A stretch of 64,000 bases of DNA from Basidiobolus meristosporus CBS 931.73. Lineage: Eukaryota; Fungi; Basidiobolomycota. The stretch is from positions 1 through 64,000 of the forward strand of contig MCFE01000249.1 in assembly GCA_002104905.1 (NCBI GenBank), given 5' to 3'. The notes under the pieces were generated by a model. The model saw nothing but the letters and a program-made list of their open reading frames with translations, did not search any database and had not been told where the DNA came from. The first letter of the stretch is position 1; every line of letters starts with the position of its first letter. The position numbers and the translations under genes are program-made. Shown here one piece after another: positions 21,162-33,500 of the stretch.

Positions 21162-24100
21162 ATGACGACTAGGTAAGCCTGCAAACCCACGCTTGTTGCC
21201 ACGGCCCTCCCTCTGATAATGCCCAATATAGGCTTGATCGTCTTGTCCTGCTGCTGGACACCGGGTCAACGGCCTCCGTGCGAGCAACCGCCGCGCAGCA
21301 GATTGGCAACATTCAAAAACAGCACCCCTCAGAATTATATAATCTCCTGTCCAGAGTACGTGATCTGTCTCCTATACCAACCTCATCTGACTTTTCTGCA
21401 CCACACCGCGGTATTAAGAGCTAGTAAACGTTTGAACTTTAGGTCTTGGTTCATTTGAAAAGCAAAAATTGGGAGACCAGAATTGCCGCTGGTCCAGGCC
21501 ATCGAGGCCATCGCCAGTAACGTTCCGCTTTGGAACCCCGTAGAGAGTGAGTGTCTTTAGTGATAGTGTCTCCCTGCGCCACCGTACTGAACAGCCTGCC
21601 CCGCTCTAGCCAATGTAAAGAGTGAGTATTCGCTAGAAAACGACAAAGCGTTGAAGAATAAATTGACCTTTGATCGGTTCGACATAACCGATGTGCTTCG
21701 TAATGGCAAGAAGCTATTGGGTTCGGCTGGCAAGGTGAGGATTCTCCAGTCCGACCTCGTGTAAGATGCAGTCGAGCTAACGCCTTCCCGACCCTTAGGA
21801 ATACGACATAGACCTGAACGACCTAGACCCTAATGAGCGACTTGCACTGCAGAGACGGAACCTGAAGCAACGACTTGGATTGGGCAGTCAATTCATGGAT
21901 GGTTTGTGGATTACCCCATGCGTCTGGTAGCGGATGTTTTCTAACGCCAATCATACTTTCAGAGCTTCTTGACGACAATGATCTGTACGGCTCACAAAAT
22001 CAAAACCAACACCAACACCAAAACCAAACCAATATCCAACTCAACACCAACATGTGCCACCGGAGATGCATCCACATCCAAACTCGTATCCACAGCCACC
22101 ACCACATCCGCACACCACCCCATTCATAAAGACCGAGCCAACACCAATAAAAATCTTACCACCAGTCAAGTTCGAGACGTCCCCTACTGGCAACGTATTT
22201 CAGCCTCCGGTCACAATGGCCGTTGAGCCAGAGCCAGCTGTCGACACCTCGGGACTTAGCGCTAGAGAGAGGAATCGGCTCAAGAGAAAAGCCAAGTTGG
22301 ACGCGAAGATGAAGACCAAAGAGAAGTAGGGCGAACGTTAACTTCGTGTGCCGAGCAGATCAACTGAACTATCTTGCATTTCTGTAGGGTTCGGGTGGTG
22401 GACTTTGGCAAGCAAAAAGTCAAGGAGGAGCCTACATCTAGTAGCGTGGTGGTGAAGAAAGAGACCAGTGGTACGTTGGTTGGATTTTTAGCTGGATCTT
22501 GATCTTCGACGTTGCTAACCTATTCTCTTTCCAGAAACGGCGTTGGTTCCTAGCAAGAGCGCGCAGCCTGACGCCAGCCAGGAGAAAGTCATTGTCGACC
22601 CTCGCGCCAAGACCATGTCGGGGATCTCGGTGGAGCAGCCATCTAACGAATGGCCATTTGAGGGGATATGCGACATTCTCTCCATGGATCTATTCGAGTA
22701 GGGCCCTTTTGTTCTTTCGTTCATCGAGTAAGGATTAACGGCTTGTTTTCTACAGCCCTACATGGGAAGTCAGGCATGGCGCAGGCCTCGGGCTAAGAGA
22801 AATCCTAAAATGCCACGGCGAAGGTGCCGGGAAAATCCTGGGCTTGTCGAAAGAGGACAACGAAAAGCGCCACCATCTGTGGCTAGAGGACATCTGTATC
22901 CGATTGCTTTGTGTATTCGCATTGGATCGTTTCGGGGATTTTGTTTCCGACCAGGTGCGTAGCACGTTTTGGTATCCGATGGAGGCGATTCTCATGTTTC
23001 TTTCGTTTCTAGGTGGTTGCTCCCGTTCGAGAGACCTGCTCCCAAACTCTAGGTGCTTTGGCAAAGCATATGTCCCCCAAGGGGATTGAGTTGGTCGAGA
23101 AGTGTCTTCTACAGTTGATTCATCAGCACGAATTCAAAGCTGCCAACGGCAACGCAGCCGGCTCCATTTGGGAAGTTAGGCATGCTGGCCTTCTGGGGCT
23201 CAAGTATTTAGTTGCGGTTCGAAAGGACCTGGTAGAGCTGGTTATTAATGGGGCTGTCGGGGCTGTCGTCATGGGCCTCAAGGACAACGACGACGATGTA
23301 CGAGCTGTCTCCGCATCAACGCTGCTTCCTATTGCCGACTCATTCGTCAGGCTTCTTCCGGACATGATACCGGTTGTTTTAGAGGTTTTGTGGGACTGTC
23401 TCATTGATTTGAAAGATGACCTGACCGCCTCTACTGCGAGTGTTATGGACCTCCTGGCACGGCTCTTTTCCTTCGACGAAGTGCTTAAATACATGCAGGC
23501 CTTAACTATGGCTGACCCGCAACGAGGCCTTGTCACCTTAATTCCTCGGCTCTACCCATTCTTCCGACACACAATCACTTCGGTGCGTTCGGCGGTGCTT
23601 CATACACTGAAGACCTTCCTCGGGATGCAAGGGATGGAGGGCTGGGTGGACACCAGATGTCTTTGCTTGGTTTACCAAAACCTTTTGGTGGAGGAGAAGC
23701 AGGACATTCTGGATTTATCGGCGTCAGTGTGGACCGAGTTGCTCACTCATGTAAGTCGCTCGGCCTCGGACCGCATCCAGAGCATGTTCGCCCCAACCAT
23801 AGGCTCCTGGTTCTCCCTTCTCATGACTCCACTCGGGATACCGCTTGACACTAGATGCTTCTATTTGCCCAGAGCCTTGATAACCACCGAGGTACAAAAG
23901 AACATCCAGGATGGCGATCAAGGCGGATTCAGCCATAACATCGACGTGGGAATGATTCAGCAAGACTTCTCTTTGGTCTCGCAAGAGACCGTTGTAAGGG
24001 GAAGGCTTGCCGGAGCCAAGGCTATTGGAATGTTGATAGCTATTTGGCCCCGGGAATCCTTGGAGATCACCTTCCAAGAGATCATCCTGTCTTTCTTGGG

Positions 24101-27100
24101 GTCCCCATGGGCATTGCAACGACAGCTCGCTGCGGTGGTGACGGAGGAGTGGGCGGTGGCCGTTCTCAACGGCTCCATCAACCCAAGCATCACCACCACC
24201 ATACCGCTGGCGTCGGTGCTCTCCGAGAAGCTGATCATCGCACTTGAATCAGAAAGCCCCGAGTTCTATCTTGAGCTCGTTTCCGTGCTGCGCCGTATCC
24301 GTGGCGAGTGCCAGGCCCTCTTGAATTCGTTCGTGTCGGACGGAAAGCTGCCCCCCTCCGAGGTTCCATCGATTCCAGTTCAGTGTGCGGGCGAAGCAGG
24401 CTCTGGCCCACAGGCGTTCAGTATTGATGTAGCTCGAGCCATCGCCACCGATACTTTCGAGCTCCTCAAGGCCAAGATTGCGCCGAGAACCCGGAAGCAG
24501 ATACTGACACAGCTGGTGGATAGACAAAGACGAGTGATCGCCTCCATCGGGTTCTACGAAGCAACCAAACAGCAGGCGGACGTGTGCACCAGCGCGGCCG
24601 TTTCGGGCGCAGTGGTGGCGTTCGGGGTGCTTCCCAAGAAGCTGAACCCGGTTATTCGATCCATCATGAACTCCATCAAGTTTGAGGAGAATTACGAGAT
24701 CCAGCAACGCGGGGCCACCGCCCTCTCCAACATGATCTCGATCTGCACCTCGCCCATCTTGAACCTACGGGTCAACCCCACCGATAAGATCATCAAGAAT
24801 CTGGCCGCGTTCCTTTGCTCCGATCCCAGTACTACGCCGGTGCTTCAGGATATCGCCCAAGAAGACGGGATCTATTCCCTGCTGAAGGCAAAGGGTGAAC
24901 AGAAGAGCTCAGGGAAGGGAATCAGTATCGCATCGCTCGACACCGATGCCATCGATCCGAAGGCACTGGCTGATGAGGATGAATCGGTGCGCCAGGCCAA
25001 GTTGGTCAGGAGGGGAGCGCAAGCGGCATTACGAGAGTTGGCACGCCGGTTCAAATCGGACCTGTTCCAGGTCATTCCAAAGCTCTGGGAGTGCATGTGC
25101 CAAAGCCTGCTGGAGACATTCCCACCGGACCGGGAGGACTTGCCCAGCTTCAAAGCAACCGACCCAATTGGGCAAGATGTCATCGATTGCCTGCAAGTCC
25201 TTAGCGCGATCACCCCCTTCCTCGATGAAGGGCTGCACCCGCAGATCGCGGGAATTCTCCCCAACATCATCCAGTGCTTACGCTCCAGCTACATGGTGGT
25301 CAGAAACATGGCGGCTCGGTGCATGGCTGTGATGTGCAACTGCATCACCATCCCCGCCATGCAAGAGGTGATAGAGAAGATCCTGCCCCTCCTCGGAGAC
25401 ACGCTGAACGTCACGAACAGACAAGGCGCGGCAGAGACGATCTACCATGTCGTCCAGACCATGGACTCCAACATCCTGCCCTACGTCATCTTCCTGATTG
25501 TGCCCGTGCTGGGAAGAATGAGCGACACCGACGAAAGCGTGCGAGTCATCTCCACCAACTGCTTCGCTTTCCTCATCAAGCTGGTTCCACTCGAAGCAGG
25601 AATCCCTGACCCGCCGGGCATTCCAAGGGAGATGTTGGCCCATCGCGACAAGGAGAGGAAGTTCCTCATGCAGCTCCTGGATAGCAGCAAGCTGGAGCCG
25701 TATCCCATCCCGATCGGCATCAAGGCCGAGCTGCGTAGCTACCAGCAAGATGGCGTGAACTGGTTGGCATTCTTGAACAGGTACCAGCTTCACGGGATCC
25801 TCTGCGATGATATGGGGCTGGGTAAGACCCTTCAATCCATCTGCATACTCGCCAGTGACCATCACATGCGTGCCGAGAAGTACAAGAAAACCAAATCACC
25901 AGACTGCGCCCACATGCCCTCTCTGGTCGTTTGCCCGCCCACACTCACTGGTCACTGGTACCATGAGATCCTGAACTACACCGACAACCTGCGCCCGCTG
26001 ATGTACACCGGCGGTCCGAACGAAAGAAAGCGGCTCCGGCCCAAGATCAAGAAGCATGATATCATCATCATGTCCTACGACATCATCCGAAACGATATTG
26101 AGGAGTTGTCCGAGATCCATTGGAACTATTGCATCCTGGACGAGGGGCACATCATCAAGAATGGAAAGACCAAGATCACGAAGGCGACCAAGACGGTGAA
26201 GGCAAACCACCGACTCATCTTGTCCGGAACCCCCATCCAGAACAACGTTCTGGAGCTATGGTCCCTGTTTGATTTCCTGATGCCTGGGTTCCTGGGCACC
26301 GAGAAGCTCTTCAACGAGAGATTCGGAAAGCCCATCCTGGCCAGTAAGGACAGCAAGAGCTCCTCCAGAGACCAAGAAGCCGGCGCGTTGGCTTTGGAGG
26401 CCCTTCACAAGCAAGTGCTCCCCTTCCTGCTTCGTCGCCTCAAGGAGGACGTGCTCGATGATTTGCCGCCGAAGATCATCCAGGATTATTACTGTGAGCT
26501 CAGCGACCTTCAGAAGCAGCTTTACGAGGACTTTGCCAAGTCGCAGGCAACACGCTCTCTGCAGTCGAACTGGGACGATGAACAGGAAGAGGAGAAGGAG
26601 GAGTCAGAAACGGGCAAGAAGAAGGCGACCCACATCTTCCAAGCGCTGCAGTACCTTCGTAAGCTTTGCAACCATCCGCTCCTTGTGGTCAACCCCAAAC
26701 ACCCGGAGTACAACAAAGTGATGAGTGTGATGGAGACCAGCAAATCCTCACCCCATGACCTGCAACACGCACCCAAGCTTCAAGCGTTGCGGCAGTTGTT
26801 GCTGGATTGTGGTATCGGGGTGACCGCTGAGGCGGAGGCATCGGATCCCATGTCAGGAGGAGCGGTGAGTCAACACAGAGCTTTGATCTTCTGCCAGTTG
26901 AAAACCATGTTGGACATCATCGAGAACGACTTGCTGAAGAACCTCATGCCGTCGGTGACCTACATGCGACTAGACGGTAGCGTGGACGCCAGCAAACGAC
27001 ACGGGATTGTCCAGAAGTTCAACCAAGACCCGTCCATCGATGTTCTTCTCCTCACGACACACGTCGGTGGGCTTGGGCTCAATCTCACCGGAGCCGATAC

Positions 27101-27568
27101 TGTGATCTTTGTGGAGCACGACTGGAACCCGATGAAAGATCTTCAAGCCATGGATCGCGCGCACAGAATCGGCCAGAAGAAGGTGGTGAATGTTTATCGG
27201 TTGATCACTCGTGGCACTCTGGAGGAGAAGATTATGGGGTAAGTGTCGACCTGTTCAATGATCTCTAGGAGCGTGACCCGCTAACCTTCCCTTCCCCCTC
27301 CCACAGCCTGCAAAAGTTCAAGCTCAACATCGCCAACTCCATTGTCAACCAGCAGAACTCGGGTCTCCAGAGCATGGACACCGACCAAATCCTCGACCTG
27401 TTTAATGTTACCCCCACCGAAAATACCCGACCCAAGAAAAGTGACGACCCCAGCAGCTCCAAGAAACTTCCGCAGAAGGCGATCCTGGAGAACCTCGAGA
27501 ATCTCTGGGATGAGAAGCAGTACGACGAAGAGTACAACCTGGATCACTTCATTGAATCACTGAAATAG
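21162..27568 (+). CDS. MOT1: TBP-associated Snf2 ATPase Mot1/BTAF1 (multi-exon; apparent indels near 21494 and 22027)
   Basis: N-terminus MTTRLDRLVLLLDTGST, HEAT repeats, WEVRHG, GILCDDMGLGKTLQ, DEGH, SGTPIQNN, QAMDRAHRIGQ, ends YDEEYNLDHFIESLK. Confidence 0.96.
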
Positions 27569-27623
27569 ATCCTGTGGTGCTCGACGCTGCTATTTCGAAC
27601 ATGAACATTTATGTACAGAACGC

Positions 27624-27659
27624 CACCCTCACCCTCATCCTCACCCTCACCCTCACCCT
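27624..27659. repeat. Hexamer microsatellite (CACCCT)x6 in the MOT1 3' region
   Basis: Six units, one CATCCT variant. Confidence 0.85.
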
Positions 27660-28043
27660 TCGAACCTCCATAGAATCCTAGTCATCCTCTCCCTAATTTC
27701 CCAAGAGTATATTATTGTTTAAAATATCCTTCAAAAGAGTGTACGTTTCTCAGTATCTTTCGCCAGAGCGCATGTTGGTGTGGTATCCCACTCGAGAAAA
27801 TAAACCCATCAATCCGGAACCATGGAGAGCGTGAGACGAGAGACGGGGGGATATTGTGCGGACACGGCACACGACACACGACACACGACACCACACAGCA
27901 CCTCATCCATGCTGCGGGGATTTTCGGTGACGATACCATATCCCATCGATCCAGACGGCTCGAATCGAATTCAGAGTGGGATCGATTTATAAAGGCGCCG
28001 AAAAAATTTGAACCCATCGTTTCTCACACAACCTTTGCGAAAG

Positions 28044-28262
28044 ATGGTTACCAAACATGCACCCTACATGGGCGAACGTGGCTACGGCTTCACCCAGGCA
28101 ATGCAACGTGCCCGCCTCCCGTACCGTAACAAGAATGTGATCACCGGGGTTGCCCTCTTCGGTTTCGTCGCCTCCGTGTACTATTACTCCGTGGCCGCCG
28201 TCAAACAGGACGACTTCGACGACATCCCACTGCCACCGGCCCCAGAGAAGTCGGAGAAATAA
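28044..28262 (+). CDS. COA3: Cytochrome c oxidase assembly factor 3-like small membrane protein (72 aa)
   Basis: RARLPYRNKNVITGVALFGFVASVYYYSVAAVKQDDFDD fits the fungal Coa3/CCDC56 pattern: one TM segment followed by QDDF. Confidence 0.8.
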   Translation: MVTKHAPYMGERGYGFTQAMQRARLPYRNKNVITGVALFGFVASVYYYSVAAVKQDDFDDIPLPPAPEKSEK

Positions 28263-29140
28263 TCTCGACGGCCTGGTCGTACGCTCCTTGGCCTTTGGAG
28301 CCAGCCGACCCTGTTTATATCCATGCCTTCATTTCACCAACGCCTTCGTGTTTGTTCGAAAACAAAATAAAGCTGACCCGCCTGTTGGCAGACCAGAATA
28401 TTCGGAGGAAAACTCCCTGGAAAAGGAGTAGTGGCCTTTAGAGCACATTCAGGTGGTGGAGTTCCATGTGTGGAGGAACCCTTGGTGCGATGGTGCACAC
28501 GCATACACCTATACATTCACCTATACATCCACAAATACGAACACATAGGCATGCTGATGACCCATTTGGGTTAACCTCGTGCTTAAGAAATCACAACTTG
28601 ACCAGTATTTTCATTAGGAAACGATCAACCTTGACACCATGAAAGTGGATTAGGAAGTTGCTTAAGATAAGCAGTTGGCAGGAATGATAACAAATACGTC
28701 ACATCTAGTTGATTGGATAGTGGAGCGTGGGAGGTTAAGGGTATTTAGGGTAGCACAGGAATCGGGTGATATATCTTCATGTGCCGCTTGTATCTATCCG
28801 ACGTCAATTCAACAAGCTATCATCCCGTGCTCCAGAGCTGAGTTCCATATTCAGCCAATAACCCAAACAAGGGTGAGAAAGCTATGAAACTAAGGTCCGA
28901 AATCGGTCAAGCTATAGGGTGGAAATGTTGGGGGGTTGCTAGCGGCTCATGGTTAGCAGATGCGGCCAATAAAACGAACCTCATATTGTATAGTAGATAC
29001 ATGCATTATATCCGGTTGGCGTCATCGATTGGTCTTGGGACCACCAAGGCTTGTGCCATTTCGATATAAATTCCATGCCCATAGCTGGAATCAACTAAGC
29101 TGACCTCTTGATACTGTGTTCATCTTCTCCCTTAGCTAAA

Positions 29141-30378
29141 ATGAGTCGCTCCCTCTTGGATGTGGTTATTACCTCTGTTGGTCGGTAGAATTTATCCTTT
29201 CCCCTGTTGCTGCTTCATGCATTAACCTTTCATTTTCAACTGCAGCCAGAACCCCTGTTGGTTGTTTCCGCGGCTCTCTTGCCAAGGTTCCCGCCACCAA
29301 ATTAGGTGCCATCGCCATCAAGGGCGCCATTGAGAAGTCGGGCATCAAGCCAAACCAAGTTGAGGAGGTTTACATGGGAAATGTCATTCAAGCAGCCGAA
29401 GGACAAGCACCTGCTCGTCAAGCAGTGTTGGGCGCTGGATGTCCAGAATCCACTGAAGCTACCACCATCAATAAAGTGTGCGCTTCTGGTATGAAAGCCA
29501 TCATGCTCGCCACTCAAAACTTGCAAGTTGGGGCCCGCTCCATCATGGTGGCCGGAGGTATGGAGAGCATGTCGAACTCTCCCTTCTATGTTCCTAGAAG
29601 CCATGAATACGGACATCAAGCTCTCTCGGACAGTATCATCAAGGATGGTCTTTGGGATGTGTACAACCAAATCCATATGGGAAGCTGCGCGGAGCAAACC
29701 GCCGCCAAATATAAGATCACCCGTGAGGCTCAAGACGAGCATGCGGTCTCTTCATATAAGCGTGCCGCCGAAGCCTGGAAAAATGGAGTTTTCAAGAACG
29801 AGATCGTCCCTGTGACCATCAAGGGAAAGAAGGGCGACACCGTCATTGAAGTGGATGAGGAATATACCAAGGTCAACTTCGACAAAATCACCAGTCTTCG
29901 TCCCGTCTTCCAAAAAGATGGAACTGTCACCGCAGCTAACGCCAGTACACTCAATGACGGTGCTAGTGCCGTAGTTCTGATGACAGCCAACAAGGCCAAA
30001 GATCTTGGTGTCACTCCATTGGCACAAGTCGTATCCTATGCTGATGCTTCCTGTGCGCCAGTTGATTTCCCAATCGCCCCCTCTCTTGCCGTCCCAATCG
30101 CTCTTGAAAAGGCTGGTCTCTCTATCTCGGATATCAGCTTGTTCGAATTCAATGAGGCTTTCAGCGTCGTAGCTCGTGCTAACGAACAGATCCTTGGCCT
30201 CGACCCTGCAAAGGTGAATGTTGCTGGTGGTGCTGTTGCACTTGGCCATCCTATTGGCTCATCTGGATCTCGTATTGTAGTTACTCTTACCAATCTCTTG
30301 AAGCCAGGCCAATATGGTCTTGCTGCTATTTGTAATGGTGGCGGTGGTGCTAGTGCCATCATCATCAAGCGTTTGTAA
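29141..30378 (+). CDS. ERG10: Acetyl-CoA C-acetyltransferase (thiolase II); possible upstream exon from 29001
   Basis: SVARTPVG after splicing, [56 protein letters not shown]. Confidence 0.93.
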
Positions 30379-30583
30379 AATACCGGCATTTGTTACAATA
30401 ATCACTATGCATATCATCCAATAAAAGTTGATTCTCAATGGCACTTTGGGGTAGTTAATATCGATATTCGAGCACAACAGGAATTTATATTATTATTGAC
30501 AGGTTGGAGGACGGGTTGGTATTTTAATATAATACATTCAAGCGAGTGATTTGATGTACAGCAAGGAAGTGTCTCTAGTTGTA

Positions 30584-33500
30584 TCATTGGTCCTCCTTGC
30601 CAATTAGGTCCATCTTCTGCCAAAGATAAAAGCCAATGGTTCTAATGACATCACTGATGTGCTCTATCTCGGCTTCGCTATGGATGTCTTGGTATTCTCT
30701 GCTTACAGCGTAGACATTGATGTCCGAGGTTCCAGATAGCCTGAAGTGAACGAGGAAGTCGTGATCGTGAGGGTTGAAGATAATCAAGTGCCGGGTTTTC
30801 CCAATAAATATCTCTCGAGATAAAGAAAAGTAGAATGTCATCAGCGAATCCAACACATTGGACCAGTTCAGAGGAAGTTCGAGGAAATCGTTGAATCCTG
30901 GATCCAATTCCAAGATATTTTTGCTATTGAATCGTTGTGATAGCGCCATGAAGTTGTCAATACTGATATTCTCAGTATTGGTGGCCACTGTAGCGGTCCA
31001 CAAGAGCTTCCACAAGGAATCCCGTTCATAGCATTTCAAAGCCTATATCAACAGATATTCAGTAAGGAAGATATTGTGGATTATTACTGCAGGGACTTAC
31101 CTTCTCAAAGATCCAATCCAGCTTTTCTTCCAATGCATGGATGAATTTGATGTTGCTGGGATAGAGATCAGCAATCGAGTCAATCGTTAGTGTGGAGGTA
31201 TTCAAGCGCGGCTGTGGTGAGGATTTGTACTCTTCGAGAACAATGATGTAGCAATTTAGGTCATAACCGGATAGTGTTTGGTTGTCTACATCTACGTTCA
31301 CCTCTGGGAAGATGATCAGTGTGTTTTCGATGGAGGGCTTGTGATCCATATTCAAAAAACAGGCCACAGGTTTGCTGTGCTTCAGCAAGTTCGTTAGTTG
31401 GTATTTTGCAGGTTGCTTCATTATAAACTGGAACAGGTTTTCGGGAAGGCCGCCATTGCAAATCTTTCCTTTGAATACTCTATTCCGAGCATATCGTGGT
31501 GGAACCGGATTCTGCCTAATGAATGCACGAATGATATCCAAAATATCCAACCCCTTCGGGATTTCCGTGGAGTTTCCAAGTATCTTACGAAGCTGTTGTA
31601 GATGGAAGTCATGAACAAAGGAGTTGACATGGATGATGTTCTTGAATCGCGCACACTCTTCGGAAAACATCTTGAAGCTGTGTAAATCATCCACGGTGGA
31701 GGTGAATCCTGGTGAGGCCACATAGAAGGCACCGTACTTGCGATTGACCGTATAAAGGTTGACGCACACCAACATTCCTTGAATACGTACTTCAGCCATT
31801 AGAATTCCGCCTTGGAATGCTTTTTGAAGGAAGATAACCGGGCTGCTAACTACCAAATTATCAGACACGATAAATTTGGAGTGAGTAAGGTTTTGATAAT
31901 ATTCGCCGTTTCCATGCAGGCTATTTTCACTAGAGAAAATGATGTGCATTCCTTGGGTGTTGAGATAATCAGAGTATTGAGTGATCAACTGTTTGGCCAA
32001 AGTGCTGTACCAGTGGGATGGGTTGTCCTCGTCTGGATCAAACAACGACAACTTCCTATCTGTTTTAGGTGCACTAAACAAGTTGTGGCGGAAATCGCTG
32101 AATAGCAATGGGGTTCGACAAAAATGCAATAGTCTCGAAGTTCGAAGAACAACATTCAAGTCTTCGGGCGACATCGGGCTTCCTGCTATGTTGTGGTGTT
32201 GTCTGCTCATTGATGTGTAGACACCCAGAGCTCGCTTTTGCTTATAAATCACCTTTGCTTGGCTGACGTAAGTTTCTAGGAATGAGGGACCGTGGCGCTG
32301 TAGTAGATCGGTGCTCTTGGGAGTGGTGAAATACTGTGTAGAATAATCCATAAATGCATCTTTCAAGATATCAGAAAACCTGAATTCAACTTTGAGGCTA
32401 GTTGAAGATTGAGGCTCAATTTCTTTCTCCTTCTCCTTCCGAGATTCAGATACGATCAACTCGGGCAAAGGAAGATCGGTTTTGTTGGGTTGGTCGTTGA
32501 ATATACTCTTCTTAGATTCTTCGAGTTTGGTGTCTGAGGTCGTAGAGGGAAGGGTCATTCGAGAACGGGGTGGGAACCGATCATGAACCAATGAGTTGAC
32601 ATCATTCAAATTAAAGCTATGCTTACTGCCCTCTTGGACTCCATTGAACGACAATCCTGAGCTAGTTACGCTAGCAGAACTGTTCGTTTTTGGAATGTTT
32701 GTATGATAGAATAAACCCATCTTTTGATAAAGTATGGAATCCATTAAATCCATTCGTCGGCTGTTCCAAGAAAGTATGGAGTTTAGCGAGGATATAAATT
32801 GGTCGGTTACATGTTTGTTCCAATTGTAGGTGTAGAGCGTTACTACAAAATCCGTGACGCTTATAAGAGCGAAGCAACTCCGAGATAATTCCAACTTGTT
32901 CTGCAATCCGAGATCCGATGTTAAGCCAGGGAGGTTAGGGAACATCATGAGATCCTCGTTAGACATCTTTTGATGCTGGTGAGAAGTAACAATAGAGGAG
33001 CTTTTTCTCGAATGTCCACGGATGGTACTGCCCTTATCGCTCCCATAATCATCGACCGAGCTCTGTCGCGAGGGTGATAGCTCGCTTGAGTCAAAGCTTC
33101 CTCGTCTCTCGTAAAGATTTGTTCTCTTGCTACTGGAGTTCGGGATGAAATCTTTGATGCCACAGACAACGATGTACTGATTCTCGTCCTTGCTACATGG
33201 ATGTGTCTCCAGATCATCATGCTTTTGGGCCTTAAAAGGATGATAAACACTGTAACAAAGTTTGCCTAATTTGTGATACTGAGTCAGAGAGGATTTCTTC
33301 AAAATCAAAGGTGAAAATGTCGGGTGTGTATCACACAGGAGATCAGATAGTTCCGACAGGAAATCATCTATGATCCAAGGAGGTATTTTGACTGAGAAGG
33401 TTGACCGGTTCACCGAAAGTCCTTGGAATTTAGAGGACTGCTTCAAGATATTAAAGCACGGGTCCACAAATTCTTCACCCAGAACAGAGTTGAAGTTGCT

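Noticed and set aside
23123-27547. Many 60-195 aa overlapping ORFs within MOT1
   Set aside because: Off-frame or antisense products of GC-rich coding sequence.
27624-27659. (CACCCT)n as an interstitial telomere
   Set aside because: The unit is CCCTCA, not CCCTAA; short and in a 3' UTR-like position.
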